Position numbers and translations under genes: made by a program
DNA from: Alphaproteobacteria bacterium
GTDB lineage: Bacteria; Pseudomonadota; Alphaproteobacteria; Bin95
DNA: 64,000 bases
Reading direction: 5' to 3'
Assembly: GCA_965205265.1 (NCBI GenBank)
Contig: CBDBGH010000003.1
Location: 64,001-128,000 of the forward strand
Notes under the pieces: generated by a model
The model's database searches: none
What the model was told of the DNA's origin: nothing
What the model saw: only the letters and a program-made list of their open reading frames with translations
Shown here: one piece after another, positions 9,594 to 19,798 of the stretch
How positions within the stretch are numbered: the first letter of the stretch is position 1
How the letters are laid out: the number at the start of each line of letters is the position of its first letter

Positions 9594-10838
9594 CTATCCG
9601 AACCGGAATCCGGCCGCGCCGCGCACAAGGCCGCGATAGACCGGATAGAGCGCGGCCACGCTCAGCAGCAGCAGGATCGCTATGGCGCTTGCCATGCCCC
9701 AATTGCCGGTCCGGGTCGCGAACTCGGCGATGAGGTAGCTCAGCATCTGGTCCGACGCGCCGCCGATCAGCGCGGGCGTGATGTAGAAGCCGAGCGAGAG
9801 GATGAAGACCAGGATGCAGCCGGCGCCGAGCCCCGGCAGGGTCTGCGGCAGATAGACGGACAGGAACGACGCGACCGGCTTTGCGCCGAGCGAGGCGGCG
9901 GCGCGCATCTGGCTCGCCGGAATATTGCGCATCACCGCGTAGAGCGGCAGCACCAGAAAGGGAAGCAGGATGTGGACCATCGCGATATAGACGCCGGTCC
10001 GGTTGAATATCAGCGTAAGCGGCTCGTCGGTAAGGCCCGCATAGAGCAGGGAATCGTTCACGACGCCCTTGTTCTGCAACAGCACGACCCAGGCGGCCGT
10101 GCGCACCAGCAGCGAGGTCCAGAAGGGCAGCAGCACCAGCGCCAGCAGGATCCGCGACAGGCGCTGGCCGGTGGTGGCGATGAGATAGGCCATCGAATAG
10201 CCGATGGCGATGCACCAGGCGAGCACCCAGAAGCTGATCCAGAAGGTGCGCTCCAGATAGTCGATATAGATGGTGCGCTCGGGCGGGGCGGTGCCGATGC
10301 TGCCGTCCCAGCGGCGTTCGAGATCGACGGCCGCCAGCAGGTAGCGGGTGGTGTAGGGCCCGGCCGAGGCCTTGATCGCGCGCCAGTAGGCGATGTCGCC
10401 CCAGCGCTCGTCGAGCCCGATCAGGGCTTCCTTGTAGGGCGGGCCGGCAATGCGGCGGATCTTGCGGCCGGTGCGCATCACCATGCTGCGGAAGCCGCTG
10501 ATCTCGTAGTTGAGCCGCATGGCCGCCGCCGCAACGGTCCGGTCCTCATAAGCGGTCCGGATTTCCTCGACTACCGTTGCATAGGCCTCTTCGTCCGGCA
10601 GTTCGGCGCCGTCCCATTCGGCGACGATCTCGGCGGTCCGGGGCATGACCTCGGCCAGCTTCGGGTCATCGACGCTGAAATAGAGCAGCGAGAGGATCGG
10701 GCCCGCGAACACCACGAGGATGAAGAGCAGCAACGGCGCGACAAGCAGGAAGGCGTTCAGGGAGCGCCGGCGCTGGGCGCGCCTGAGTTTCGCCTCCAGG
10801 CTGCGGTCGGCGGGGGCGGCCTTCGCTTCGTCCGTCAT
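9594..10838 (-). CDS. Polyamine-type ABC permease (PotB-like, long periplasmic insert)
   Basis: LLPFWTSLLVRT, AAASLGA, GFYITPALIGG. Confidence 0.9.
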   Translation of the reverse strand: MTDEAKAAPADRSLEAKLRRAQRRRSLNAFLLVAPLLLFILVVFAGPILSLLYFSVDDPKLAEVMPRTAEIVAEWDGAELPDEEAYATVVEEIRTAYEDRTVAAAAMRLNYEISGFRSMVMRTGRKIRRIAGPPYKEALIGLDERWGDIAYWRAIKASAGPYTTRYLLAAVDLERRWDGSIGTAPPERTIYIDYLERTFWISFWVLAWCIAIGYSMAYLIATTGQRLSRILLALVLLPFWTSLLVRTAAWVVLLQNKGVVNDSLLYAGLTDEPLTLIFNRTGVYIAMVHILLPFLVLPLYAVMRNIPASQMRAAASLGAKPVASFLSVYLPQTLPGLGAGCILVFILSLGFYITPALIGGASDQMLSYLIAEFATRTGNWGMASAIAILLLLSVAALYPVYRGLVRGAAGFRFG

Positions 10839-11929
10839 GCCGGCGCCAGCACCCGGCAGTGCTCCGGGGCCCAGCCGACCTCGACCGCCGCTCCGGGCGC
10901 GAGCGCATCGCCGGCCGCGCCGGCGGGCGCCAGCGCGATGATGTCGTCCCGCCCGGCCATGGCGAGGCGCACGCGGTTGTGGGCGCCGAAATAGATCACC
11001 TCGACCACCTGCGCCCCGAACCGGTTCGCCATGCCTTGCGCCGCCGGCCCGATAACCAGGCGCTCAGGACGCAGCGATAGCAGGGCCGTCTCTCCGTTCG
11101 CGCGCGCCGCCGCAGACCGGGCATGGACGACATCGCCCGAAGCCAGCCTGACGGCGCAGTCCCGTCCGTCGATGCTTTCGATCCAGCCCTCGAAGGCATT
11201 GTTCTCGCCGATGAAATTGGCGACGAAGGCGTTGGCGGGCGTCTCATAGACCTCATGCGGCGAGCCGACCTGCTGGATGAGCCCGTCATTCATAATCGCC
11301 ACCCGGTCGGACATGGTAAGCGCTTCGCCCTGGTCGTGGGTGACATAGGCGACGGTCATGCCGAGTTGCTCGTGCAGATGCTTGATCTCGATCTGCATCT
11401 GCTCGCGGAGCTTCTTGTCCAGCGCGCCCAGCGGCTCGTCCATCAGCACGATCTCGGGCTCGAAGACGAGCGCTCTCGCAAGCGCAACCCTCTGCTGCTG
11501 GCCGCCGGAAAGCTGGTGCGGACGCCGCTCGCCGAGGCCGGTCAGGTCCACCATGCGCAGCGCAGCCTCCACCTTCTCGCTGACGGCATGCTTCGGAAGC
11601 CGGCGCTGGACGAGCGGAAAGGCGACGTTCTGGAATACCGACTTGTGCGGGAAGAGCGCGTAGTTCTGGAACACGATGCCCATATTGCGCCGGAAGGGCG
11701 GGACATTGCGCAGCGAGCGGTCATTGAGGACGATATCGCCGGCCGTCACCGCCTCGAAGCCGGCGAGCATCAGCAGGATGGTGGTCTTGCCGGAGCCCGA
11801 CGGCCCGAGCAGCGTCAGGAATTCGCCCCTGCGGATTTCGAGATTGAGGCGGTCCACGACATTGACGCGGCCGTCATAAGTCTTTTCGACGTCCCGAAAC
11901 CGGACCAGCACCTCGGAGTCGGGAGCCAT
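10835..11929 (-). CDS. Polyamine-type ABC ATP-binding protein (PotA-like)
   Basis: GPSGSGKTT, VFQNYALFPH, LSGGQQQRVALARAL, TOBE-like tail. Confidence 0.92.
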   Translation of the reverse strand: MAPDSEVLVRFRDVEKTYDGRVNVVDRLNLEIRRGEFLTLLGPSGSGKTTILLMLAGFEAVTAGDIVLNDRSLRNVPPFRRNMGIVFQNYALFPHKSVFQNVAFPLVQRRLPKHAVSEKVEAALRMVDLTGLGERRPHQLSGGQQQRVALARALVFEPEIVLMDEPLGALDKKLREQMQIEIKHLHEQLGMTVAYVTHDQGEALTMSDRVAIMNDGLIQQVGSPHEVYETPANAFVANFIGENNAFEGWIESIDGRDCAVRLASGDVVHARSAAARANGETALLSLRPERLVIGPAAQGMANRFGAQVVEVIYFGAHNRVRLAMAGRDDIIALAPAGAAGDALAPGAAVEVGWAPEHCRVLAPA

Positions 11930-12083
11930 GGCTAGCGGGTCTCCCGGCCCGCCCCGCCAGCCGAATTCCCGCTATCGAGGCGCGCCGCCGGCCGCGTGCA
12001 GCCGGACCGGCCGGCCCCCGTGCCGCAGGGGAACGGCGGCCCGGCAGGCGGCCCCGGCGACAAGGCGCTCAGGCCCTTCGAGG

Positions 12084-13472
12084 CTACGCGACCGCCTTGC
12101 CCTGCTTCGTCAGCAGGTCGAGGCCGGCATCGAGCGCGCGGGCATAGCGGTCGAACATCTCGTCGATTTCGCTCGCGGTGATGACCAGCGGCGGCGCGAA
12201 GCACATGGAATCCCCGACCGGCCGCGTTATCAGGCCCTCCTGCGCGCAGAGGTCGTTGACGAGCGCGCCGACGCCGTCCGACGCCGCGAAGGCCTCCTTC
12301 GTCGCCTTGTCCTTCACCAGTTCGGTGGCGCCGACCAGCCCGACGCCGCGCGCCTCGCCGACCAGCGGATGGCCGGCGAAACCCTGGATGCGCTCCTGGA
12401 ACCGGCCGACCACGCTCTGGACATGCCCGAGCGTGTCCTCCTCCTCGTAGATCTTGAGGGTCTCCAGCGCGACCGCCGCCGCGACCGGATGGCCGGAATA
12501 GGTGTAGCCGTGGCCGAACACGCCCATCTTGGCGCTCTGGTCGGCGATGGCCTGATAGACCTCGTCGCTGATCATCGTCGCCGAGATCGGCAGATAGCTG
12601 GAGGAGAGCGCCTTGGCGCAGACCAGGATGTCGGGCTCGATGCCGAAGGTCTCCGAGCCCCAGAAATTCCCGGTCCGGCAAAAGCCGCAGATCACCTCGT
12701 CGGCCACGAACAGCACATCGTGCTTGCGCAGCACCTCCTGGATTTTCGGGAAGTAGGTGGCCGGCGGCACGATCACGCCGCCCGCGCCCATCACCGGCTC
12801 GGCGAAGAACGCGGCCACCGTCTCCGGGCCCTCGGACTCGATCAATGCATCGAGGTCCTCCGCCATGCGGGTGGCGAAGTCCTCTTCGCTCTCGCCGTCC
12901 TCGCCGAAGCGGTAGTAGTGCGGGTTGTTCGTGTGGATGAAGCGCTCGAGCGGCACATCGAAGCCGGAATGGTTGAGCGAGCGGCCCGTCAGGCTGGCCG
13001 CCGCCAGCGTGATGCCGTGATAGCCGTTGACGCGGCCGATGATCTTCTTCTTCCGGTGGCGCCCGCGGGCGTTGTTGTAATACCAGACGAACTTGATCGC
13101 GGTGTCGTTCGCCTCGGAGCCCGAGTTGTTGAAGAACACCTTGGACACCGAGGTCGGCGCCAGGCCCATCAGCCGCTCGGCGAGGTCGATGCCGGGCAGA
13201 TGCGATTTCTGGCCGAACTGGTGGTAATAGGGCAGGGTTTCGAGCTGCTTCACGGCGGCGGCGACGAGGCGCTTGTGCTGGAAGCCCAGCGAGGTGGACC
13301 ACAGGCCGGCCATGCCCTCGATATACTGCTTGCCGCCCGTGTCCCAGACATAGACGCCGTCACCGCGCTCGATGACCATCGGCCCCTGTTCTTCGTGCTG
13401 GCGGAAATTGGTGTAGGGGTGAAGCAGATACGCGACATCGCGCGCTTCAGGCGAATTCGGCTGCAACGGCAT
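12084..13472 (-). CDS. Class III PLP aminotransferase (omega-amino acid/putrescine-pyruvate type)
   Basis: LHPYT, MAGLWS, SGSEAND, YHG, AEPVMGAGG, DEVICGF, CAK, HGYTYSGHP. Confidence 0.93.
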   Translation of the reverse strand: MPLQPNSPEARDVAYLLHPYTNFRQHEEQGPMVIERGDGVYVWDTGGKQYIEGMAGLWSTSLGFQHKRLVAAAVKQLETLPYYHQFGQKSHLPGIDLAERLMGLAPTSVSKVFFNNSGSEANDTAIKFVWYYNNARGRHRKKKIIGRVNGYHGITLAAASLTGRSLNHSGFDVPLERFIHTNNPHYYRFGEDGESEEDFATRMAEDLDALIESEGPETVAAFFAEPVMGAGGVIVPPATYFPKIQEVLRKHDVLFVADEVICGFCRTGNFWGSETFGIEPDILVCAKALSSSYLPISATMISDEVYQAIADQSAKMGVFGHGYTYSGHPVAAAVALETLKIYEEEDTLGHVQSVVGRFQERIQGFAGHPLVGEARGVGLVGATELVKDKATKEAFAASDGVGALVNDLCAQEGLITRPVGDSMCFAPPLVITASEIDEMFDRYARALDAGLDLLTKQGKAVA

Positions 13473-13580
13473 GGGACGGCCTCCGGGGACGCTGGTGGCA
13501 GGGAGAAACGCCAGTCTAACACCCTGTCGAGGCGCGCCCCAAACATCTTTGTCGGCAGGCTGCGGCGCCGGGCTCCGCCC

Positions 13581-15019
13581 CTACCGTATGCACACATCTG
13601 CCATGGAGAGTGTTGAACGGGGTGTTTCCCTTGTCGGTGTCCTGTGATTCTCCGGTTCTCCGGAGCTGACGGGAACCGGGAGGGTCGGACATGGACAATG
13701 AGGCTTCGCATTTCGGGGACCGCCGGATTGACGAGGCGGGCCGGTTCCTGCACGACCGGCTTGTCAGGCGCGGTCCCCGGGGCATCTCCGTTCGCAGCGT
13801 GGGCGGGACCCGCGCGGGCGAGGTACGCATCGGGCGGTTCCTGCGAAACGGGAGGGTCACGGTGGAGAAGGTGGTGGCGCAGGCCGCGCGGGGCACGGCG
13901 AGCCGTGTCGCTGGCCTGCATGTGCTGGCGATCCAGGACACGACGAACTTCCGCAACAGCGGCGGCGGCACGGGTGTGGTCGGCCACGCCACGATCGCGG
14001 TGGAGGCCGAGGCAGGGGCCCTTCTCGGCCTGGTTGCCACGCAGGTGATCGCGCGGTCCGGCGGCCAGAAGGCGTCGAAGCCGGCGCCGCCCTGCGACAA
14101 GCAGAGCCGGCGCTGGCTCGACGGCATGCAGGAGAGCGCGCGCCTGCTGGAAGCGGGGGCGGCGCGCGTGACGGCGGTGGCGGACCGGGAAGGCGACATC
14201 TACGAGATGTTCGCCTGCCGGCCCGAGGGCATGGATGTCCTGGTCCGGGCCGCGCAGGACCGCGTCCTCGCCGACGGCGGGGGCAAGCTCTTCGACGGCC
14301 TGGAAGGCAGGCCGGAGGAGGAGCATGCGGTGGACCTGCCGGCGCGGCCCGGCCAGAAGGCGCGCACGGCCCGCATCTCGGTGCGCTTCGGCGCGGTCAC
14401 GCTCCGGCGTCCGAGGCACCGGGCCGCAGAGCCCGGCACGCCGGAGTCCCAGCCCGTCTTCCTCGTCGAGGCGCGCGAACGCGACCCGCCTGCGGGGGTG
14501 CCGCCTGCGCACTGGCGGCTGCTGACCAGCCACCGGGTCGAAACGCACGACCAGGCCCGGTGGATCACCCGGCTCTACCGCAGGCGCTGGACGATCGAGC
14601 AGCTGTTCCGCACCGTCAAGACCAAGGGCTTCGACATCGAGGCCGTCTCCATGGAGACCGCCCCGTTCCGGGTCCTGTGCGCCATGACGCTCGTCGCCGG
14701 CGTCTCCTGCCTGCAACTCGTTCAGGACAGGGACGGCGAGGGCGCCCGCCCGCTCAGCGACGTCTTCGACGAGGCCGACAGGACCGCCCTCGAAGCTGTC
14801 TCGGCCACGCTCGAGGGTGGCACCGAAAGGCAGAAGAACCCACATACGCCGGGCTCGCTGGCCTTCGCCGCCTGGGTCTGCGCACGCCTGGGAGGCTGGA
14901 CCGGCTACTACGGCAAACCCGGGCCCGTGGTCATGCTGAAAGGGCTCTACGAGTTCAGGGCCATACAGCTCGGCTATAACCTCGCTCTGGAAAGAGCCGG
15001 AAATGTGTGAATCCGGTAG
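13581..15019 (+). mobile_element. Complete IS4-family insertion sequence (1439 bp)
   Basis: Left end CTACCGTATGCACACAT vs right end (revcomp) CTACCGGATTCACACAT, 15/17 match; 10-bp target duplication GGCTCCGCCC at 13571-13580 and 15020-15029. Confidence 0.95.
13691..15010 (+). CDS. IS4-family DDE transposase
   Basis: AIQDTT, VADREGD, YRRRWTIEQLFRTVK (YREK), ARLGGW; stop lies inside the right IR. Confidence 0.95.
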   Translation: MDNEASHFGDRRIDEAGRFLHDRLVRRGPRGISVRSVGGTRAGEVRIGRFLRNGRVTVEKVVAQAARGTASRVAGLHVLAIQDTTNFRNSGGGTGVVGHATIAVEAEAGALLGLVATQVIARSGGQKASKPAPPCDKQSRRWLDGMQESARLLEAGAARVTAVADREGDIYEMFACRPEGMDVLVRAAQDRVLADGGGKLFDGLEGRPEEEHAVDLPARPGQKARTARISVRFGAVTLRRPRHRAAEPGTPESQPVFLVEARERDPPAGVPPAHWRLLTSHRVETHDQARWITRLYRRRWTIEQLFRTVKTKGFDIEAVSMETAPFRVLCAMTLVAGVSCLQLVQDRDGEGARPLSDVFDEADRTALEAVSATLEGGTERQKNPHTPGSLAFAAWVCARLGGWTGYYGKPGPVVMLKGLYEFRAIQLGYNLALERAGNV

Positions 15020-15300
15020 GGCTCCGCCCCGGGGCCGGCGGCTCGCTCCGGCCGCAGGCGGCGGTTCCGGGGCTTGGCGCGCATCCTGTCCGGCAGGGGC
15101 GGCCGCGCTTCCCTGCAATGCGCGGCCAATCGTTGCGTTGACAGGGTGGCCGGTTGGTGCATGGTCTCCGCATGCCGACAGGGGGCTCCTTCGTTGCCGA
15201 CCGTTGGCATCCGGGCCGCGCCGCTATTGCGCGCCGGGTGCGAACCTTCGGGAGCGGCAGCGGGCCTCCCTGCCGGAAATCAAGCAGGGAGAAGACACGC

Positions 15301-16839
15301 ATGACTTTCAGGAAATTTGCAGGCGTTGCGGCGTCTATAGCCGGCGCGGCGATGCTCGCAACCTCGGCCAGCGCCGGACCGGACGACGATTCGCTCATTA
15401 TCGCATGGGGTTCTACCGGCCCCATCGAGAATGTGGACAACTATTTCAACACCAACCGGACGGGCATCTGGTTCAGCCGCATGGTCTGGGACCAGCTGAT
15501 CTACCGCGAGCCGAAGACCTTCGAATACAAGCCGCTGCTGGCGACGAGCTGGGAGCTGCTGAACGACACGACCTGGCAGTTCAAGCTGCGCGAAGGCGTC
15601 AAGTTCCATAATGGCGAGCCGTTCGATGCCGACGATGTGGTCTTCACGCTGAACTGGATTTCGAACCCGGACAACGGCGTCAAGGTGCAGCGCAACGTCA
15701 ACTGGATCGACCGGGCCGAGAAGGTGGACCGGTACACCGTCAACCTGCACATGAAGAAGCCGTTCCCGCAGGCGTTCGAGTTCCTGTCGGGGCCGCTGAC
15801 GATCTATCCGAACGAGTATTACGCCGAAGTCGGCCCGGAAGGCATGGGCAAGAAGCCGGTCGGCACGGGCCCGATGAAGGTCGTCTCGATCAAGACCGCC
15901 GAGGAATATGTCTTCGAGAAGAACGAGGACTACACCTGGGGCAGCCCGAAGGGCGAGGCGCAGGTCTCCAAGATGGTCGTGCGCGAGATCGCCGATGTGC
16001 AGACCCAGATTGCCGAACTGCTGGCAGGCGGCATCGACGTGACCGCCGACATTTCGGCCGACCATGTGGACCAGATCGGCCAGGTGCCGGGATACAAGGC
16101 CCTCCAGGCCGGCACGATGCGCACCGGCTATATCGGCTTCGACGCCGCCGGGCGCGGCAATTTCGAGCCGACCACGAAGCTGAAGGTGCGCCAGGCGATG
16201 GCCCATGCGATCGACCGCGCTTCGCTCGTGAAGAACCTGATCCGCGGCGATGCCGGCGTCATCCACACGCCGTGCTTCCCGACCCAGTTCGGCTGCGACG
16301 CCGAGGCGGCGGTCAGATACGAATTCGACCCCGAGAAGGCCAAGGCGCTGCTCGCCGAGGCGGGATATCCGGACGGGTTCGAGATCGACTTCTACACCTT
16401 CCGTCCCGCGGACTGGGCCGAAGCGATCATGGGCGACCTGGCCAAGGTCGGCATCAGGGCGACGCTCACGAAAATGCCCTATTTCGCGCTGCGCGACAAA
16501 CAGCGCAACGAGGGCACGACGCCGATGTTTCTGATGGACTGGGGCTCCTATTCGATGAACGACATGTCGGCGATCACCAGCCACTTCTTCAAGAAGGGGC
16601 CGGACGATTTCGCGCTCGACAACGAGGTGGCCGCCTGGCTGGAAGAGGGCGACACGAGCTCCGACCCCGAGGTGCGCAAGGCCGCCTACCGCAAGGCCGT
16701 CGAGAAGATCACGCGCGAGGTCTATTGGCTGCCGATGTTCAACCATGTCCGGAACTACGCCTATCGCGAGGAACTGAACTTCATCCCCTACCAGGATGAG
16801 ATTCCGCGCTTCTGGCAATATGGCTGGGCGAGCAGCTGA
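15301..16839 (+). CDS. Peptide/nickel-type ABC substrate-binding protein (family 5)
   Basis: Signal peptide; PLLATSW, LREGVKFHNG, PVGTGP, VRQAMAHAIDR. Confidence 0.92.
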   Translation: MTFRKFAGVAASIAGAAMLATSASAGPDDDSLIIAWGSTGPIENVDNYFNTNRTGIWFSRMVWDQLIYREPKTFEYKPLLATSWELLNDTTWQFKLREGVKFHNGEPFDADDVVFTLNWISNPDNGVKVQRNVNWIDRAEKVDRYTVNLHMKKPFPQAFEFLSGPLTIYPNEYYAEVGPEGMGKKPVGTGPMKVVSIKTAEEYVFEKNEDYTWGSPKGEAQVSKMVVREIADVQTQIAELLAGGIDVTADISADHVDQIGQVPGYKALQAGTMRTGYIGFDAAGRGNFEPTTKLKVRQAMAHAIDRASLVKNLIRGDAGVIHTPCFPTQFGCDAEAAVRYEFDPEKAKALLAEAGYPDGFEIDFYTFRPADWAEAIMGDLAKVGIRATLTKMPYFALRDKQRNEGTTPMFLMDWGSYSMNDMSAITSHFFKKGPDDFALDNEVAAWLEEGDTSSDPEVRKAAYRKAVEKITREVYWLPMFNHVRNYAYREELNFIPYQDEIPRFWQYGWASS

Positions 16840-16929
16840 CGCCGCTTCGCCTCCGCAAGGGGGCGGCGACAGGGCAGGGCGGGCCGCGTTCCCGCCCTGC
16901 CGTTCCTTCGACCGTCGGAGAGCGGCGGA

Positions 16930-17847
16930 ATGCCGGCCTATACGCTCAAGCGGACCTTCGTTGCGTTCCTGATCCTGATCGTCGTGTCGGGGCTGACCTT
17001 CTCGCTCAGCCACCTCTCGGCCGATCCGGCGCTGACCATCGGAGGCGAACAGGCGAGCGAGGAGGACATCCAGGCGATCCGCAAGCTCTACGGCTTCGAC
17101 CGGCCGATCCATGTCCAGTATCTCGACTGGCTCGGCCGCGCGCTCTCCGGCGATTTCGGCGAGAGCTACCACTACAAGCAGCGCGTCTTCGACATGGTCT
17201 CCGAGCGGATCGGGCGGACCATGCTCCTCGGCACGCTGGCGATCCTGTTTGCGCTGGCCGTCTCGATTCCCCTGGGCACGCTCGCCGCGATGCGGCCCAA
17301 TTCGATCATCGACCGGATCGCCCTGTTCATAGCGGTCCTCGGCCAGGCGCTGCCGACCTTCTGGTTCGCGCTGATGATGATCATCGTCTTCGGCGTCTGG
17401 TGGCGCTGGCTGCCGATTTCGGGCCACACGCAGTGGGCCAACTACGTCATGCCCACCATTGCGCTCGGCTACTACGCCACGCCCGCGCTGATGCGCCTGA
17501 CCCGCGCCGGCATGATCGAGGTGCTGGGGTCGGACTATATCCGCACGGCGCGCGCCAAGGGGCTGAGCCCGGCCTCGGTGCTCTTCAAGCATGCGCTCAG
17601 GAACGCGATCATCCCGGTCGTCGCGCTGGCGGCCGTGTGGTTCGGTTTCATGCTGGGCGGCTCGATAGTCATTGAGACGATCTTCAACCTCAAGGGCATC
17701 GGCTGGCTCTCCTACGATGCGCTGCTGCGCTCGGACTTGCCGGTGGTGCAGGCGATCGTGCTGGTCTTCGCCTCGTTCTATGTGGTGCTGACCTTGCTGG
17801 CGGACCTGCTCAACGCCTATCTCGACCCGCGAATCTCGGTGCGCTGA
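16930..17847 (+). CDS. Peptide ABC permease (DppB-like)
   Basis: GDFGES, DYIRTARAKGL, HALRNA, LDPRI. Confidence 0.92.
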   Translation: MPAYTLKRTFVAFLILIVVSGLTFSLSHLSADPALTIGGEQASEEDIQAIRKLYGFDRPIHVQYLDWLGRALSGDFGESYHYKQRVFDMVSERIGRTMLLGTLAILFALAVSIPLGTLAAMRPNSIIDRIALFIAVLGQALPTFWFALMMIIVFGVWWRWLPISGHTQWANYVMPTIALGYYATPALMRLTRAGMIEVLGSDYIRTARAKGLSPASVLFKHALRNAIIPVVALAAVWFGFMLGGSIVIETIFNLKGIGWLSYDALLRSDLPVVQAIVLVFASFYVVLTLLADLLNAYLDPRISVR

Positions 17848-17856
17848 GGGGCTCCC

Positions 17857-18783
17857 ATGACCGATACCGGCACTGCCAGATCCCTCGCCTTCCGGCAGCG
17901 GCAGACGGCCGAGGAAATCCTCGAACCCTCGCCCTGGTCCAAGCTCCGCAGGCGCATCGTCGGCAACCACAGCTTCCTGATCGGCGCCGTCATCCTCATC
18001 GCCATCTTTGCGGTGGCGGTCCTGGCCCCGCTGCTCGCGCCGCACGACCCCTACGACCAGGACCTCGCGAAACGCCTGACCAACCCGTTCTGGCATGAGA
18101 AGAAGATCGATCCCGAACATGCGCTCGGCACCGACAAGGTGGGCCGGGACTATCTCTCGCGGCTCATCTACGGCAGCCAGATTTCGCTGCTTATCGGGTT
18201 CTCAACCATGCTGATCTCGGGCGTCATCGGCACGGTGCTGGGCGTGACGGCGGGCTATTTCGGCGGGCGCGTGGACATGGTGGTGAACTTCATCATCAAC
18301 ACGCGGCTCGCCATGCCGGTCTTCCTGGTGGCGATGGCGGCGGTGGTGGCTTTCGGCGCCTCGCTCACCGTGGTGATCCTCGTGCTCGGGCTGTTCCTCT
18401 GGGACCGCTTCGCCGTGGTGATGCGCAGCATCACCATGCAGGCGCGCGACCTCGATTATGTAAAGGCGGCGCGCGCCATGGGCTGCTCCACGCCCTATAT
18501 CATCGTGCGCGAGATCTTTCCCAATGTGCTCTCGTCGCTGACCGTTGTTGCGACGGTCGAGATGGCGAACGCGATCCTGCTCGAAGCCGCGCTCTCCTTC
18601 CTCGGCTTCGGCGTGCAGGCGCCGACGCCGAGCTGGGGCCTGATGCTGAACGAGGGGCGCGAATACATGTTCTTTTCGCCCTGGCTGCTGGCGCTGCCAG
18701 GCGTGTGCCTGTTCATGCTCGTGCTTGCCATCAACCTCTTCGGCGACGGGCTGCGCGATGTCACGCTCGAACGGGAACGCTGA
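17857..18783 (+). CDS. Peptide ABC permease (DppC-like)
   Basis: LGTDKVGRD, EAALSFLGFG, PSWGLML, GDGLRD. Confidence 0.92.
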   Translation: MTDTGTARSLAFRQRQTAEEILEPSPWSKLRRRIVGNHSFLIGAVILIAIFAVAVLAPLLAPHDPYDQDLAKRLTNPFWHEKKIDPEHALGTDKVGRDYLSRLIYGSQISLLIGFSTMLISGVIGTVLGVTAGYFGGRVDMVVNFIINTRLAMPVFLVAMAAVVAFGASLTVVILVLGLFLWDRFAVVMRSITMQARDLDYVKAARAMGCSTPYIIVREIFPNVLSSLTVVATVEMANAILLEAALSFLGFGVQAPTPSWGLMLNEGREYMFFSPWLLALPGVCLFMLVLAINLFGDGLRDVTLERER

Positions 18784-18784
18784 G

Positions 18785-19798
18785 ATGGCGTCCCAGACGA
18801 TCCTCGAGGTCGAGAACCTGCGCGTCGATATCCCCGTCGCGGCCGGGATGCTGCATCCCGTGCGCGGCATCGGCTTCTCGGTCTCGCGCGGCGAGACGCT
18901 GTGCATCGTCGGCGAGTCGGGCTGCGGCAAGTCGCTGACCTCGCTCGCGGTCATGGGGCTTCTGCCGAAGACCGCCCGGCGCACCGCCGACCGGATGGAT
19001 TTTCTCGGCCGCGATATCCGCAATTTCCGCGAGCGTGAGATGGCGCGGCTGCGCGGCGGCTCCATGTCGATGATCTTCCAGGAGCCGATGACCTCGCTCA
19101 ACCCGTCCTACACCATCGGCAACCAGCTGGCGGAAGTCTATCTGCGCCATGTGGAGCAGAACCGCGCGGCGGCGCGCGACCGGGCGGTCTTCCTGCTCGA
19201 AAAGGTCGGCATCTCGTCCGCCGCCTCGCGCCTCGGCCAGTATCCCCACCAGCTTTCCGGCGGGCAGCGCCAGCGCGTCATGATCGCCATGGCGCTGATG
19301 TGCGGGCCGGAGCTGATTATCGCGGATGAGCCGACGACAGCGCTCGACGTCACCATCCAGGCCCAGATCCTCCACCTGCTGGCCGAGCTGCAGCGCGAAT
19401 TCCGGATGGGCATGATCCTCATCACCCACGATCTCGGCATCGTCGCGCGCGTGGCCGACAAGGTGCAGGTCATGTATGCGGGCAAGACGGTCGAGGAGGG
19501 GCCCTGCGAGACGGTCTTCGATGCGCCGATGCACCCCTATACCCAGGGGCTGCTGCGCTGCATCCCGGTTCCGGGCCGGACCCGGCGCGGCGAACGCCTC
19601 GGCTCGGTCCCCGGCATCGTGCCGAACCTCGTCGGCGACCTTGCCGGCTGCATGTTCCGCAACCGCTGCGACTATGCGGGCGAAGCCTGCGCCGGCATGC
19701 CGGACGAGCCGACGCGCATGGGCGACGGCCACGCCTATACCTGCCTGCGCACGCCGGAAGAGGTGCTGGGCGAACGGCAGGCGGCGGGGGCGCCATGA
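18785..19798 (+). CDS. Peptide ABC ATP-binding protein (DppD-like)
   Basis: GESGCGKS, QEPMTSLNP, ADEPTTALDV, HPYTQGL. Confidence 0.92.
   Translation: MASQTILEVENLRVDIPVAAGMLHPVRGIGFSVSRGETLCIVGESGCGKSLTSLAVMGLLPKTARRTADRMDFLGRDIRNFREREMARLRGGSMSMIFQEPMTSLNPSYTIGNQLAEVYLRHVEQNRAAARDRAVFLLEKVGISSAASRLGQYPHQLSGGQRQRVMIAMALMCGPELIIADEPTTALDVTIQAQILHLLAELQREFRMGMILITHDLGIVARVADKVQVMYAGKTVEEGPCETVFDAPMHPYTQGLLRCIPVPGRTRRGERLGSVPGIVPNLVGDLAGCMFRNRCDYAGEACAGMPDEPTRMGDGHAYTCLRTPEEVLGERQAAGAP

Noticed and set aside
7582-10215. 877-aa ORF suggesting a fused binding protein
   Set aside because: The N-terminal part is an alternative frame over the permeases; the real gene starts at 8643 with RBS and signal peptide
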